64,000 nucleotides of DNA, taken from NCBI RefSeq assembly GCF_006345805.1, contig NC_043005.1, positions 29,450,001-29,514,000 on the forward strand, given 5' to 3'. The position numbers were made by a program, and so were the translations under genes. This stretch comes from Octopus sinensis (lineage: Eukaryota). Positions 53,137-64,000 of the stretch are shown piece by piece (position 1 is the first letter of the stretch; each line of letters opens with the position of its first letter). The notes under the pieces are model-generated. The model worked only from the letters and a program-made list of their open reading frames with translations. It did not search any database and was not told where the DNA came from.

Positions 53137-56100
53137 GCATATATGGGTACAGGACATCAAAAAAAAAACGTTGAACACAATTTATTGTGAATAATAATAA
53201 TTGTGTTCAACGTTTTTTGATGTCCTGTACCCATATATGCATGTATATATACATATATATGTAGGTATGTACATATATGTATGTATATATGTATATATTT
53301 ATCAGGCTGTGATCAGCCTGAGGCTACAGTAGAAGCCTCAAGGTGCCACACAGTAGGACTGAACCCAGGAACAAGTTATTAGGAAGCAAACGCTTTAACC
53401 ACATAGACATGTCTATGCCTTCTTAACCACACAGACACACAGACACACATATATATATATATTAAAGTAAGATCACAGCTATGCATGTCCGGGCCAGTTA
53501 AGAGTATCCCTGATATGTTGGGCGATATGATATGCTTGAGAAGACCTGTTGAGTCAAGTAAAACCAATATCGTAGCTGTGGCCAGTGTCCCCTGACTGGC
53601 CCCCGTGCTGGTGGCATGTAAAAAGCATGCACTACTCTCTCAGGCAGTTGGCGTTAGGAAGGGCATCCAGCTGTAGAAACACAGCCAGATCAGATTGGAG
53701 CCTGGTGCAGCCACTGGCTCTCCAGACCTCAGTCAAACCGTCCAACCCATGCCAGCATGGAAAATGGACGTTAAACGATGATGATGATGATGATGATGAT
53801 GATGAGGTTATAGTAATAATTTACACACCAACAAACCCAAACACATGCACACACCAAATATATATGTTTTTCGTTCTAATTGCTCTGCCTTGAAAGAAAA
53901 AATTATAACATTACTAAAATCCAACATGTTTCGTCAGTAGACTTTTCACTGTGTGGCCACAAGCCAACAAAAATATATCTTCTTATATAATGCTGTACAT
54001 ATCATTAGACTGAATGTTGATAATGTCACGGTTGTGTAGGCAGGAGGGCATATTTCTAAGAAAGTATCTTCAGCAAGGTGAAAAAGAATTATATCTTTAA
54101 ATATTTCAGATATGGGAGTAAAAGTCCATTAGGTATGGGTTTTATTTAGTATTTCTTTTTTTTTTTTTGTAGTGTCCTAAGCAGAGGTTAGATCTTGTTC
54201 TTACTTCAACCAGTTTTTCTCTTTAAAACCAAGATGAATCTCTAGAAATTCTATTTATTGAGTTTTGAGCTCATGAAGTATCTTCATCTCCACCAGTCAC
54301 CTCATTGGTCGTTTGATAAAAATATTGTTGTGCTTCCAAAGTAAATATTGGTCTTTCATAGATGACCAATATATTACATGTTACTTTTTCACTTTTAATG
54401 TTGCTTCTATCTCTCATGCCTTCATCCACTGAATATAATGTGTAGGCTTCACTAGTGTGCAAAGGTGGTGGAGGTGGTGGTGGGTTTTAGTTGAGAATCA
54501 ATACAGTAAATATTAACCTGTGGAAGTTTGTTACTGTACCTCAAGAAGAAACCTGTCAGATTTTTCACAAAAGCAATGACAAAAACATTATAGATGTTTC
54601 CTAAACTTCCAGGAGATTTTTATGTTTTAACGCTTTAAATGTTCACTTAAGAAGGTCTAAATTTTGAAGCTTGGTTCAAGGTCCACAGTCCAGTACTGTT
54701 GTAAGGGGCGTATCTAGTTCTAGTCAAAAGTTTAGTGTTTAGTGTTGGCTCAAGCCCCATGTTTATTGTTTAAAGTTCAGTGACATGTTCTGTTTTAGGG
54801 GCCTGTATCTAGGTCTTGTTTAGGGACCAGAAATTATCACTAGTTTCAAGTTGAGTGTTTAGCCCCTGATCAAGGTCCATTGTCTAGCTCTGGTTTAAGG
54901 TCCATGGTTTGCTTGGGTTTAAGGTCCGGCATTTGTTTCTGTTTCAGGGATCAGGGTCTAACTATGGTGAGATATCTGTATAGGATCATTTATACTTTGG
55001 AGAAATATCCCTATTTATATAGTTACGATGATGATGATGATGATGATGATACATTAGCGAGATAAAATAAATGAAATTGGGAACTCAGGGAGCTCAAAGG
55101 CCATAGGTTAGTGTGTATATACATGTTGTGTGTGTGTGTGTGTGTGTGGCATGTTTCAATTTCATTCAGATGAGGCATGGAAGAAATAATTAACCTTCAT
55201 CTCTAAAGCTCAAAGTTGGTTGCAGCCTAACATTATGTTACCAATCTGCACCACTGTCTCCATTGAACTGGTGCTGCCAACTTTGAAGCTAAGCCGTGAT
55301 GCAAGGCAAACACCCTGAATGATGTTTTATGCCTTAAACATACACTAAGTTAGATGGTACTGCAAGGGCCTGGAGATCTCTCAAGCTTATTTGGCAATTT
55401 CCTACGTTCTCATATGAGCTCAATTGTTTTGACTTCATTTTGCCACTGGATATATTTTGTCAAAACAAGAGAACAAATCGGATGTGGACACAACTCTTTC
55501 TCATTATGGAAAACCCCTTCACTAGGCTTTTGCATGCGTCTGGACCATTGTGAAATTTAACAGGTAAACTATCTTAGTGAGATTATAGAATAGATCCAGA
55601 GATAGAGTGGACAAATGTTGGTGTAGTACATGTGGCTTTGGTTATCTCTGATTTATTCATCACTGATCAAGTATAACAATTATGAACCATGTTACACTTA
55701 TCATGGATTGGTCTGTAATAAATCTGCATCAGTGATCAGTCATAGATTCTACTTGTACCAGAAAGATGCACCCCAGTAAACACCCACAATGCTCAGCTGC
55801 ACTCCAGAATTCACTCACTAGCACTTGTGTTTACTCAACCGTACTGTGATGCTGAGTATTTTTTATTCAGATTTTTGTAGCGATACTCATCAACACAAGG
55901 TTTCAGTGAATAAGGGAACATATAAAGGTACCCAACTTTAGCAAATGATGCAGACAAAAGTATTCTGTAAAAGGAAAGGTTGAAATGATGAAGAAAATAT
56001 GTAACAGTGGGTCACAAGTTTCACTGTTGAAGGTCTCAAGTTTTGTGTCAATGAATCTACCACATTCCTTTTACAAAATACATCAAGGTTATTCATTTAT

Positions 56101-57107
56101 CACTGATTTACCACTGATCTTTTCCTAATGAAATGCCTGTGATAAGTGAGGATAGATGTATTAGAATATGGTGAGACAGTGATGTTGATCCAGAGATACT
56201 ATGGAAAGGTACTTATTATAAGGAGTTACTACGCTATATCATATTAAAATACTATATGATAGGGTGACAGTGGTATAAATCTAAGGATGCTATTGTCAGA
56301 TAGAGGTGTAGTATTAGTTATATTATAGCAAGATAGTGATATAGATCAATAGATACAGTCAGTACAATAGTGCTGTAGTACTAGTTATAATATAGTGAGA
56401 TAGTATTTTAGACTTATAAATACTATTAGAAAGGTGGTGGTATAAATCCATCAATACTACTAAAAGATGGTGAGATAGAGTTGTTGATTCAGAGATATTA
56501 GATTAAGATTGTAGTGCAGATCCATGGATGCTGTTTGTGAGAGAGTGGTGTAGAGCTATAGACACAATCAGTGAGATAGTGTGGATCCATAGATATTAGA
56601 GTGGAATGTAGAGTGAAAGAGTTAACCAAAATAACTGCATTACTAATCAATAGCAGGAGGAGGAGACCAAGTGGAAATGCTGTAGCACAATCCAAAATAT
56701 CAGTAGGGATGTCAGCATGACCTTGGTGAGGGAGATAATGGTTCAGTCTTTATATTTATATGATGTTGTCTTGTTCAAAACTAGACACGGGATCTCGTAA
56801 CTGGATAGAATTATAGCATCTTATGAGTGATAATTATCATCACCGCCAACATCACCACCACCACCACTACCACCACCACTGCTGCCACCACCACCACCAC
56901 CACAACTATCATTGATCTCATTCTTTTACTTAATGTAAATCCCACACTGTTTCTTGTTTTCCTTTATATTCCACTTAGGTTCCATCTCTAAAATCTTGGA
57001 CTCCTTCGACAGTAACAGAAATTATTGTTATTATTATTATTATATTATTATTATTATTATTATTATAATTATTATTATTATCATTATTATTATTATTATT
57101 ATTATTA

Positions 57108-57326
57108 AGTTGATGAGTTGGCAGAATTGTTAGCACGTCGGGTGCAATGCTAAGTGGTATTTCACCTGTTGCTACATTCTGAGTTCAAATTCTGCTGAAG
57201 TCACCTTTACCTTTCATCCTTTTGGGGTCAATATATTAAGTACCAGTTGTACACTGAGGTTGATGTAATCGATGAGTCCCCTCCTCACCAAATTTCAGGC
57301 CTTGTGACTATAATAGAAAGGATTAT
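57108..57326 (+). mobile_element. tRNA/Meta-like SINE
   Basis: ttggcagaattgttagc head, gagttcaaattc B-box, and ctttcatccttttggggtc core. Confidence 0.75.
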
Positions 57327-57559
57327 TAGTATTAGTATTAGTAGTAGTAGTTGTAGTAATAGTAGTAGTAGTTGTTTTAGTAAGGTGGCACGCCTACAAA
57401 ATTGTTAGCACATTGGATAAATGTTTGGCAGTATTTCTTTAGATTTTACATTCTGAGTTCAAATTCTGCCAAGGTGTTCTTAACATTAGGGTAATAGGAT
57501 TTGACCAGATTGGAAAATATAAAGATTTGTTCATTGAAATTGAAAAACTGTGTCATCTC

Positions 57560-58551
57560 ATGCTGGTTACAATACCAGTGATTGTCAATCAATAAATTTT
57601 GGTCTTTTGCAACAATATCTGCTCTATTAGCTTTTATGGTTCTGTCTGTATGCACTGGAAAGTCCCAAAGAACTGTGATATTTTCTCCCTTAGTTACAGC
57701 CTCACGTTGATGGTTATACCATTTGTCAACAGTTTTTGTTTTATAATACCAACATTTGAACCAGTATAGATATTGGCCAACTCAACCATCTCTTCATTTA
57801 TACTCCACTGGTGCTAAAATTTTACATCCAGAGATTAGGTGTTCCACGGTTTCAATCCCATTGTTGCAGAATCAGCATTTTGGACTTACTCTGTTTTTCA
57901 TCATAATTACTTGATAAATTCCAGCTCAATAAGCTTTGATCTTGAGCAGCTAAGATGAAGCCTTCTCTCTCTCTGCTTTTTAGCCCTGAACTTCTTAGGC
58001 TCTGATGGATATGCTTCTGATCAACATCAACTTGTTTACTTTGGGTCAAATTTTGCCCTGCAGAAGTTGTTGCACCCTCCTATCAGCCAATTCAATTCTA
58101 TATTTAAGAGATGAGGGATTTTTTACGCTATTTACATTATTTACATTTGACGGATATTTGTCCTCATCTTGTTTGTTGTTAACACATTTCGGCTGATATA
58201 CCCTCCAGCCTTCATCAGGTGTCTTGGGGGAAATTTCGAACCTGGGTTCTCATTCCTAAGGTATTTTTCGATGTTGTTGTTGTTGTTGTTATTATTATTA
58301 TCATTATTATTATTAAGGTCACTGCCTGGAATTGAACTCAGAATCTTGGGGTTAGTAGCCTGCACTATTAACCACTATGCCATATACCCATGGCGTAGCA
58401 GTGCAGTTTCATTTTATCTTGACTTATATTGTGAGCAGAAGACCATCAACTGGTTTGAGTTGCCATATATGGAGCACCACAGGCATATGGCGTAGTGGTT
58501 AAGAGCGCAGGCTACTAACCCCAAGATTCTGAATTCAATTCTAGGCAGTGG

Positions 58552-58586
<35 letters not shown>

Positions 58587-59545
58587 TAATAATAATAATG
58601 ATAATAATAACAACATCGGAAAATACCTTAGGAATGAGAACCCAGGTTCGAAATTTCCCCCAAGACACCTGATAAAGGCCAAAACGTGTTAACAACAAAC
58701 AAAATGAGGACAAATATCCATCAAATGTAAATAATGTATCAGCCAATTGTTCATGCACTCTTTTACTTTGCCATTAATTTTCTTTTCTTTACCACAACAG
58801 TTGCTCTACTTCCCTTATGCCATTCAGCCTGGGTAGCATGCACGAGACCAGCAGCAAATGCTTTGCAAATGAAGTTTTTTACGACTCTCATGATTTTCAG
58901 TTACTTGTTTCAGTTACTTGTTTCAAGATATTTGGCTAGTTCAGTTGTAGTGGTTTCATAAGAAAGTTCAAAGTGGATCAAGCCTTGACCTCCTTGGGCT
59001 CAGGGAAAATAAAGATGAGCCACATCTACCTTTGGTAGCTTACGTATTTATTTTTCTGTCAGTTTTCTTTACTTCACTGATATTCCAGTTCAACGCATTG
59101 TTGCTATAAATAACAACTATAACTGCTAAGGAATTTATGGCTAACATCTTGTTGTATGCATTTAGCTCAGATTTCAGAACAGCTAATATTCTCCTATAAC
59201 ATTCCTTCCTGATCTTCTCTTTCATGTTTGCATACTGAAATGCATGAACTTTCATTTATTCCCAGGTATTTATAGGTTCGTTTTTGCTCAAGTTCTTTTG
59301 TAACTATGTCAACATCTAACATGACTGAATTTGAGGTTTTCAACTTACCTTTCTTGAAAGTGGCCTTGGCACACTTGTTGAGACCAAACTCCATCGCAAT
59401 GTTATCATTAAATGCTTTCACTGTATGTAAAAAGACTTCAAGCTCATCATTGTCTTTGCTATATAGTTTTAAGTAATCCATATAAAATAGATGATGTATT
59501 TTCTTTTTGTCAGTTATATAACCTATCCTGTACTGTTAAGTTCTG
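57560..59545 (-). pseudogene. Decayed R4/Dong-like retrotransposon (RT to RLE), split by a later insertion at 58093-58736
   Basis: HLFYMDYLKLY, EFGLNKCAK, YKYLGI, AINSLAV, VDVAHLYFP*AQGGQGL, SSGLK..EGFILAAQDQ, VLWDFPVHTDRTIKANRADI. The 5' end abuts (AAT)n. Confidence 0.85.
58093..58736. mobile_element. Head-to-head dimer of a tRNA-headed, HHR-tailed element with one 12-bp TSD
   Basis: Minus copy 58093-58386 and plus copy 58482-58736. The TSD tatcagccaatt lies at 58081-58092 and 58737-58748. The HHR remnant acacCUGAUGAaggcug..cagccGAAA lies at 58182-58223. Confidence 0.8.
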
Positions 59546-59571
59546 TTGTTATTATTATTATTATTATTATT

Positions 59572-59602
<31 letters not shown>

Positions 59603-59869
59603 TAATAATAATAATAATATAATAATAATAATAATATATAAAGGATTGAAGTAACTCCTCCAGAAGATATAGAATCAAAATTAAAAGAAGAGTGCCATTG
59701 TCATCTAGTGAACAATATTTCGACATCTTGTGTGTCTTCAACAGGTTCAAAAAATAATTTTGTCAATCTACTTCATTTTGGTTAATATATAACGGATTGT
59801 GGTAACTCCTCCAGAGATGTTGAAATATCATTCACTAGATGACAATGACACTCTTCTTTTAATTTTGAT

Positions 59870-59943
<74 letters not shown>

Positions 59944-60719
59944 TGATATCATTGTAGGCATGAATAGTCTTACTCCAAATTTACTTTTTTTTTCTAGAAA
60001 TGTAACTGAAAGACATCATTTTTATTTTGGATTTTATTTCACATAGAAACTTTTATTGAACATTTTGTGAGGTAATCCCCCTCCCCCGACTTACTGAGGT
60101 TAGAAAAAAGGTCTTTTATTTTTTTTTATATTTTCATTTTTTATTCTAGCATCTAGCACTCAAGCAAAAAAAAAGGTTTCTACTTTCATTAGCTCCATCC
60201 TTCAGAAAGATTACAATAACTAAAGCGAAACTGCACCAACAAAAACAAACTGTAAGAAATATATTTAAGAACATACAAATGAATTGAAGAACATGACAAA
60301 AAATAATAACACACCAATAGAAAAATACTGCATAGTAAACAACATGTTAGAAAATAACAAAATGCATTAACACCTTATATCAGGTGTAGACATGTATAGC
60401 GAAAAGCTTGTTTCAAACAAAAAAATTTTGATATGGAATATTTTGCTGAAAGACTAAAAGCTTGACATCATTTTGTGCACAGGGCAAACACCAGCTTACC
60501 TCAATCTATCAGAAAGGTGTATGAGAGGAGGAAAGTATTGTAGCTATGTTTTGCCAAAGCCCCGGGCGCATTATTTTTTCTGCTCAAGCAAGATTTAGAG
60601 ACAGTCCCGGCAGATAATTTATGTGAAATATGCTTCAGTGAGAAAGTAAGGACTTATCACACCATTTGTATCATCTTTAAAACAGGACAGAGGAAAAGAG
60701 CTCACCTAAATTGCATATG

Positions 60720-61120
60720 ACTAATCTGTCCATGGGCTTATCTCTGAAGGATCAACTTCAGGAATACTGGTGATGATATCAACTCCTGGCTAGTAGTCAC
60801 TTTTGTGCAGATAGATGTAACACTTAGTGGGACCACCATGAGCATACAAGTCTTCATGACTCTGCAAGACCACAAAACCATATCAGAACTGTGTCCTGTA
60901 GATGGTGTTGAGAAGAAAACCTTAAAACCCAACTGTCTCACATGTGGATGCAAAGCCCATAGAAAGACATAGAAACACCAAAAGAAAAAAAAACAACAAC
61001 AAACCATGGAATCTTTTGGTCCTAAGGTATCACCTGGAATGACTCATGGGTTTGGCCCAGCCGCATTATCAGGAATGAATCCTGAGATCTCAAATCCTCA
61101 TTCTTCCAATAGCAATAGGT
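60720..61120 (+). pseudogene. Possible LINE ORF1 remnant with a zinc-knuckle-like motif
   Basis: ..DVTLSG....PNCLTCGCKAHRKT*K resembles a degenerate CX2CX4HX4C motif. Confidence 0.25.
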
Positions 61121-62868
61121 GAAGACTATGATCTTGGTCATGGATAGTAGGGAAAAGGGACAAACAAGAGAAATGTTGTTGAATTCAACTCAAACAGAAA
61201 CAGCAGAGAAACGGCAGCAGCAGCAGCTGCATGAATAACAGTTACAGTAGGAGTCATCTGAATAGTTGAGCAGGTCACCCCTCTATAGAAAAGAAACAGA
61301 GGAATCTGAGAGAAGTTGAAAGATGTCTGGAAGAATGAGAAGAGGGCTGTATTAGACATTCCACCAGACTTCTTGTAAGAAAGAGCTATAAAGAGTGCAA
61401 TGTATCCATTTCTGGTAATTAAAGGTAGGTGAGTGGAATAGCCTGGGTGCACACATGCACGCACGAGTGTGCACACACACACACACATACACACAACACA
61501 GACACAGCTACACATCTTTACCTGTGTGTGTGTGTAAGAGAAATATGAAGTGATGTAGATTTTGTCATTTATGTGCCAGGTGACATGAGACAGTGGATGT
61601 AAAGTTCCACTCAATTATTCTGTATATCAGTGAAGAATCTACTCACGTTCCAATGTAGATATGTTGGTTAATGAATGGCAGCAATGAAAATGCTGGATGT
61701 GCTTGAACAGTTGGTACCAGGTGGAATGTGTTTTCCTTGAAGAAGATTGCATAGTCTTGGAATATGAAAAATTGTTACCTAGAAAACTGGTTCAAAATTG
61801 GTGTGAAGATCCTGATCATAGTGAAGGCCCAGGTGCTCCATATATGGCAACTCAAACCAGCTGATGGTCTTCTACTCACAATATAAGTCAAGATAACATG
61901 AAGCTACACTGCTACGCATACTACAACCATGAAGGCATCCTCAGTGATTGCCACAGGAACATCTGCAGCAATGACTCTGAAGACAGCAGCAACACTGTGG
62001 CGGATTGACCCCAGCAACACTACATTAGCCAATGTGTTCTCTTTTCAATACTAAAGAGTGTGATTGGAAGAAGATTTGGCTGTTATCTCTGCTTTGAATA
62101 ATGAGGTAGGACAGTCCAAGGAGTTAAGTAATCTAGAATTATTTTGTTTACTTTTGTAGTCAATAGAAGTACCTGCTGTGTATTGGTGTCAGTTAATCTA
62201 CTTAGACGCACGTTATTACATAATTTGAAAAGGAAAAAAAGGAAAAAAAAACATTATGGCTTTATACCAAGTAAACAGCAACCAGTGTTGTTGTTGTTGT
62301 TGTTGTTGGAGGTGAGTAGAGCCCGTAATTATGAGAGAAATAAACAAATTATATAATAGATAGATAACCCAAGAAAAAAGAAATAAGTATTAGTAAGAAA
62401 AAGATGATCTGATGTGATAAAGTGATGAGTGAAGCAATAGATATGTAAACAGATGAACTAAAAAAACATCTAACAGTTATCTTGTGGTGCAGTGTGTGAG
62501 AGAATGGATTGTATATTTTGTTAGCTGAGCAGGAATTTGGTCTTTGGTGGTGGCAGTTGGTCTTTGAGTGGCAGATTGTGAATGAGAGCAGGACATAGAG
62601 AGAGTGAGTAAGCGGGTGAGTGAGTTGGGAGAGAGAGAAAGAGAGAGATGAAGTGTGTTGGTTTGCAGATGAAACAGAGGAGGAGAGAGCAAAGTGAGAA
62701 GTTATATTTACAGTTTATTTATAAACTTGTAGATATTCATATACATGTGTATGTATAAATGAGTGTGTGCATGTGTGTGTGCATGTGTGTGCGTGCGTGT
62801 GTGTGTGTGTATATCTATCTGTCTATCTATCTATCTATCTGTCTATCTGTCTATCTATCTATATATAT

Positions 62869-62903
<35 letters not shown>

Positions 62904-63197
62904 ACCACCAACACCACCTACCAACCTATATGTCTGCCTGCCTCTTTGTCTGTCTGTTTCTCTGCCTATCTGCCTATCTGCCTGTCTATATCTCTATCCA
63001 TCTGCCTCTATTTTTCTGCCTGTCTGTTTGTCTTGTCTACTTTGCCTGTCTACATATCTGTCTGCCAGTCTGCTTGTCTGTCAATCCAAATTCAATGGCA
63101 GCTGACTCCAGGTTTGTGAGGAGAGTTTGAGCATTTGTGATTGTATGTGAGATGGGTGCAAAGTCATCTTGTAGTCAAGGTCATCAGTGAAGTACAA

Positions 63198-64000
63198 TTT
63201 TTTGTGGTCATAGAACTTAGCTGTTCTTTCTAATGCATAGAATCTCTATAAGTGGATTCTCTATGTGTTTAAATATACACTATATCGTATGACTAATATA
63301 TAGTCTTTTTGACTAAAATTTTTTTACGCGTTAGACCACTGGAAATGTAAATTTTAATTGAATGTTTTTAATTTTAATTAAATTCCATTTCCCTTTGATA
63401 TGATTAAATACTGTAAGTTTTTGGATAATTTTCGGTTAATAAGTTGGCGGTTTTTTATTAGAGCCAACGAAGGACTGCATCTGTGCAGTAAGTTTGAAAA
63501 GTTAGTTCGTATAAACACGAGACAGGTAGCCTTGTTTGTCTCGTGTGGATATGTTTAACACTAGGTTGGACCTGCTGAAGAAAATCAAACCTTGTGAGTT
63601 CTCCATGACTCGCTAAAAGATGATTAGAAACCAATTGGTCCAGGAAACTAGATGTTTTTCATTTCCAAATTTATTCCTGTCGAATTTTATCCCGATTTTT
63701 TTTGTGGTCATAGAACTTAGCTGTTCTTTCTAATGCGTAGAATCCCTATAAGTAGATTCTCTATGTGTTTAAATATACACTATATCGTATGACTAATATA
63801 TAGTCGTTTTGACCCAAAAATTTTTACGCGTTAGACCACTGGAAATGTAAATTTTAATTGAATGTTTTTAATTTTAATTAAATTCCATTTCCTTTGATAT
63901 GATTAAATACTGTAAGTTTTGGATAATTTTCGGTTAATAAGTTGGCGGTTTTTTATTAGAGCCAACGAAGGACTGCATCTGTGCAGTAAGTTTGAAAAGT
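63198..64000. repeat. 499-bp tandem repeat running off the window end
   Basis: ttttgtggtcatagaac occurs at 63201 and 63700; the copies show only scattered substitutions. Confidence 0.92.

Noticed and set aside
56950-57030. Strong polypyrimidine acceptor (ccacttag|gttcc)
   Set aside because: No PDE8-like translation and no convincing donor before the AAT tract.
58482-58555. Possible tRNA gene
   Set aside because: It has A and B boxes but no proper acceptor stem and an atypical ACT anticodon position; it is a repeat head.

Overview
Eukaryotic, AT-rich, microsatellite-saturated DNA. The SINE, MITE and LINE repertoire and the simple-repeat density point to a coleoid cephalopod, probably Octopus (inference). 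Only one host-gene piece is recognisable: the first coding exon of a PDE8-family cAMP phosphodiesterase (33916-34107, +). No convincing second exon follows, so the remaining ~30 kb is probably intron 1. Nearly all other track ORFs are microsatellite translations or transposon remnants: R4/Dong-like RLE retrotransposons in (AAT)n, a second RLE family tied to (CATA)n, Penelope-like elements (PLEs), mariner, hAT, a Helitron, piggyBac- and pogo-type MITEs, and tRNA-derived SINEs. The most striking unexplained structure is a recurring architecture of head-to-head fold-back insertions whose 3' ends point outward. Several of these, plus some related fragments, carry minimal type I hammerhead ribozyme (HHR) motifs, about 10 in total, with stems that can be paired by hand and a series of natural core variants. 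The carriers include ORF-less ~350-nt monomers (retrozyme-like) and a tRNA-headed, HHR-tailed element inserted as an inverted dimer inside a single 12-bp target-site duplication. All folds, alignments and family assignments were made by eye; no searches were run.
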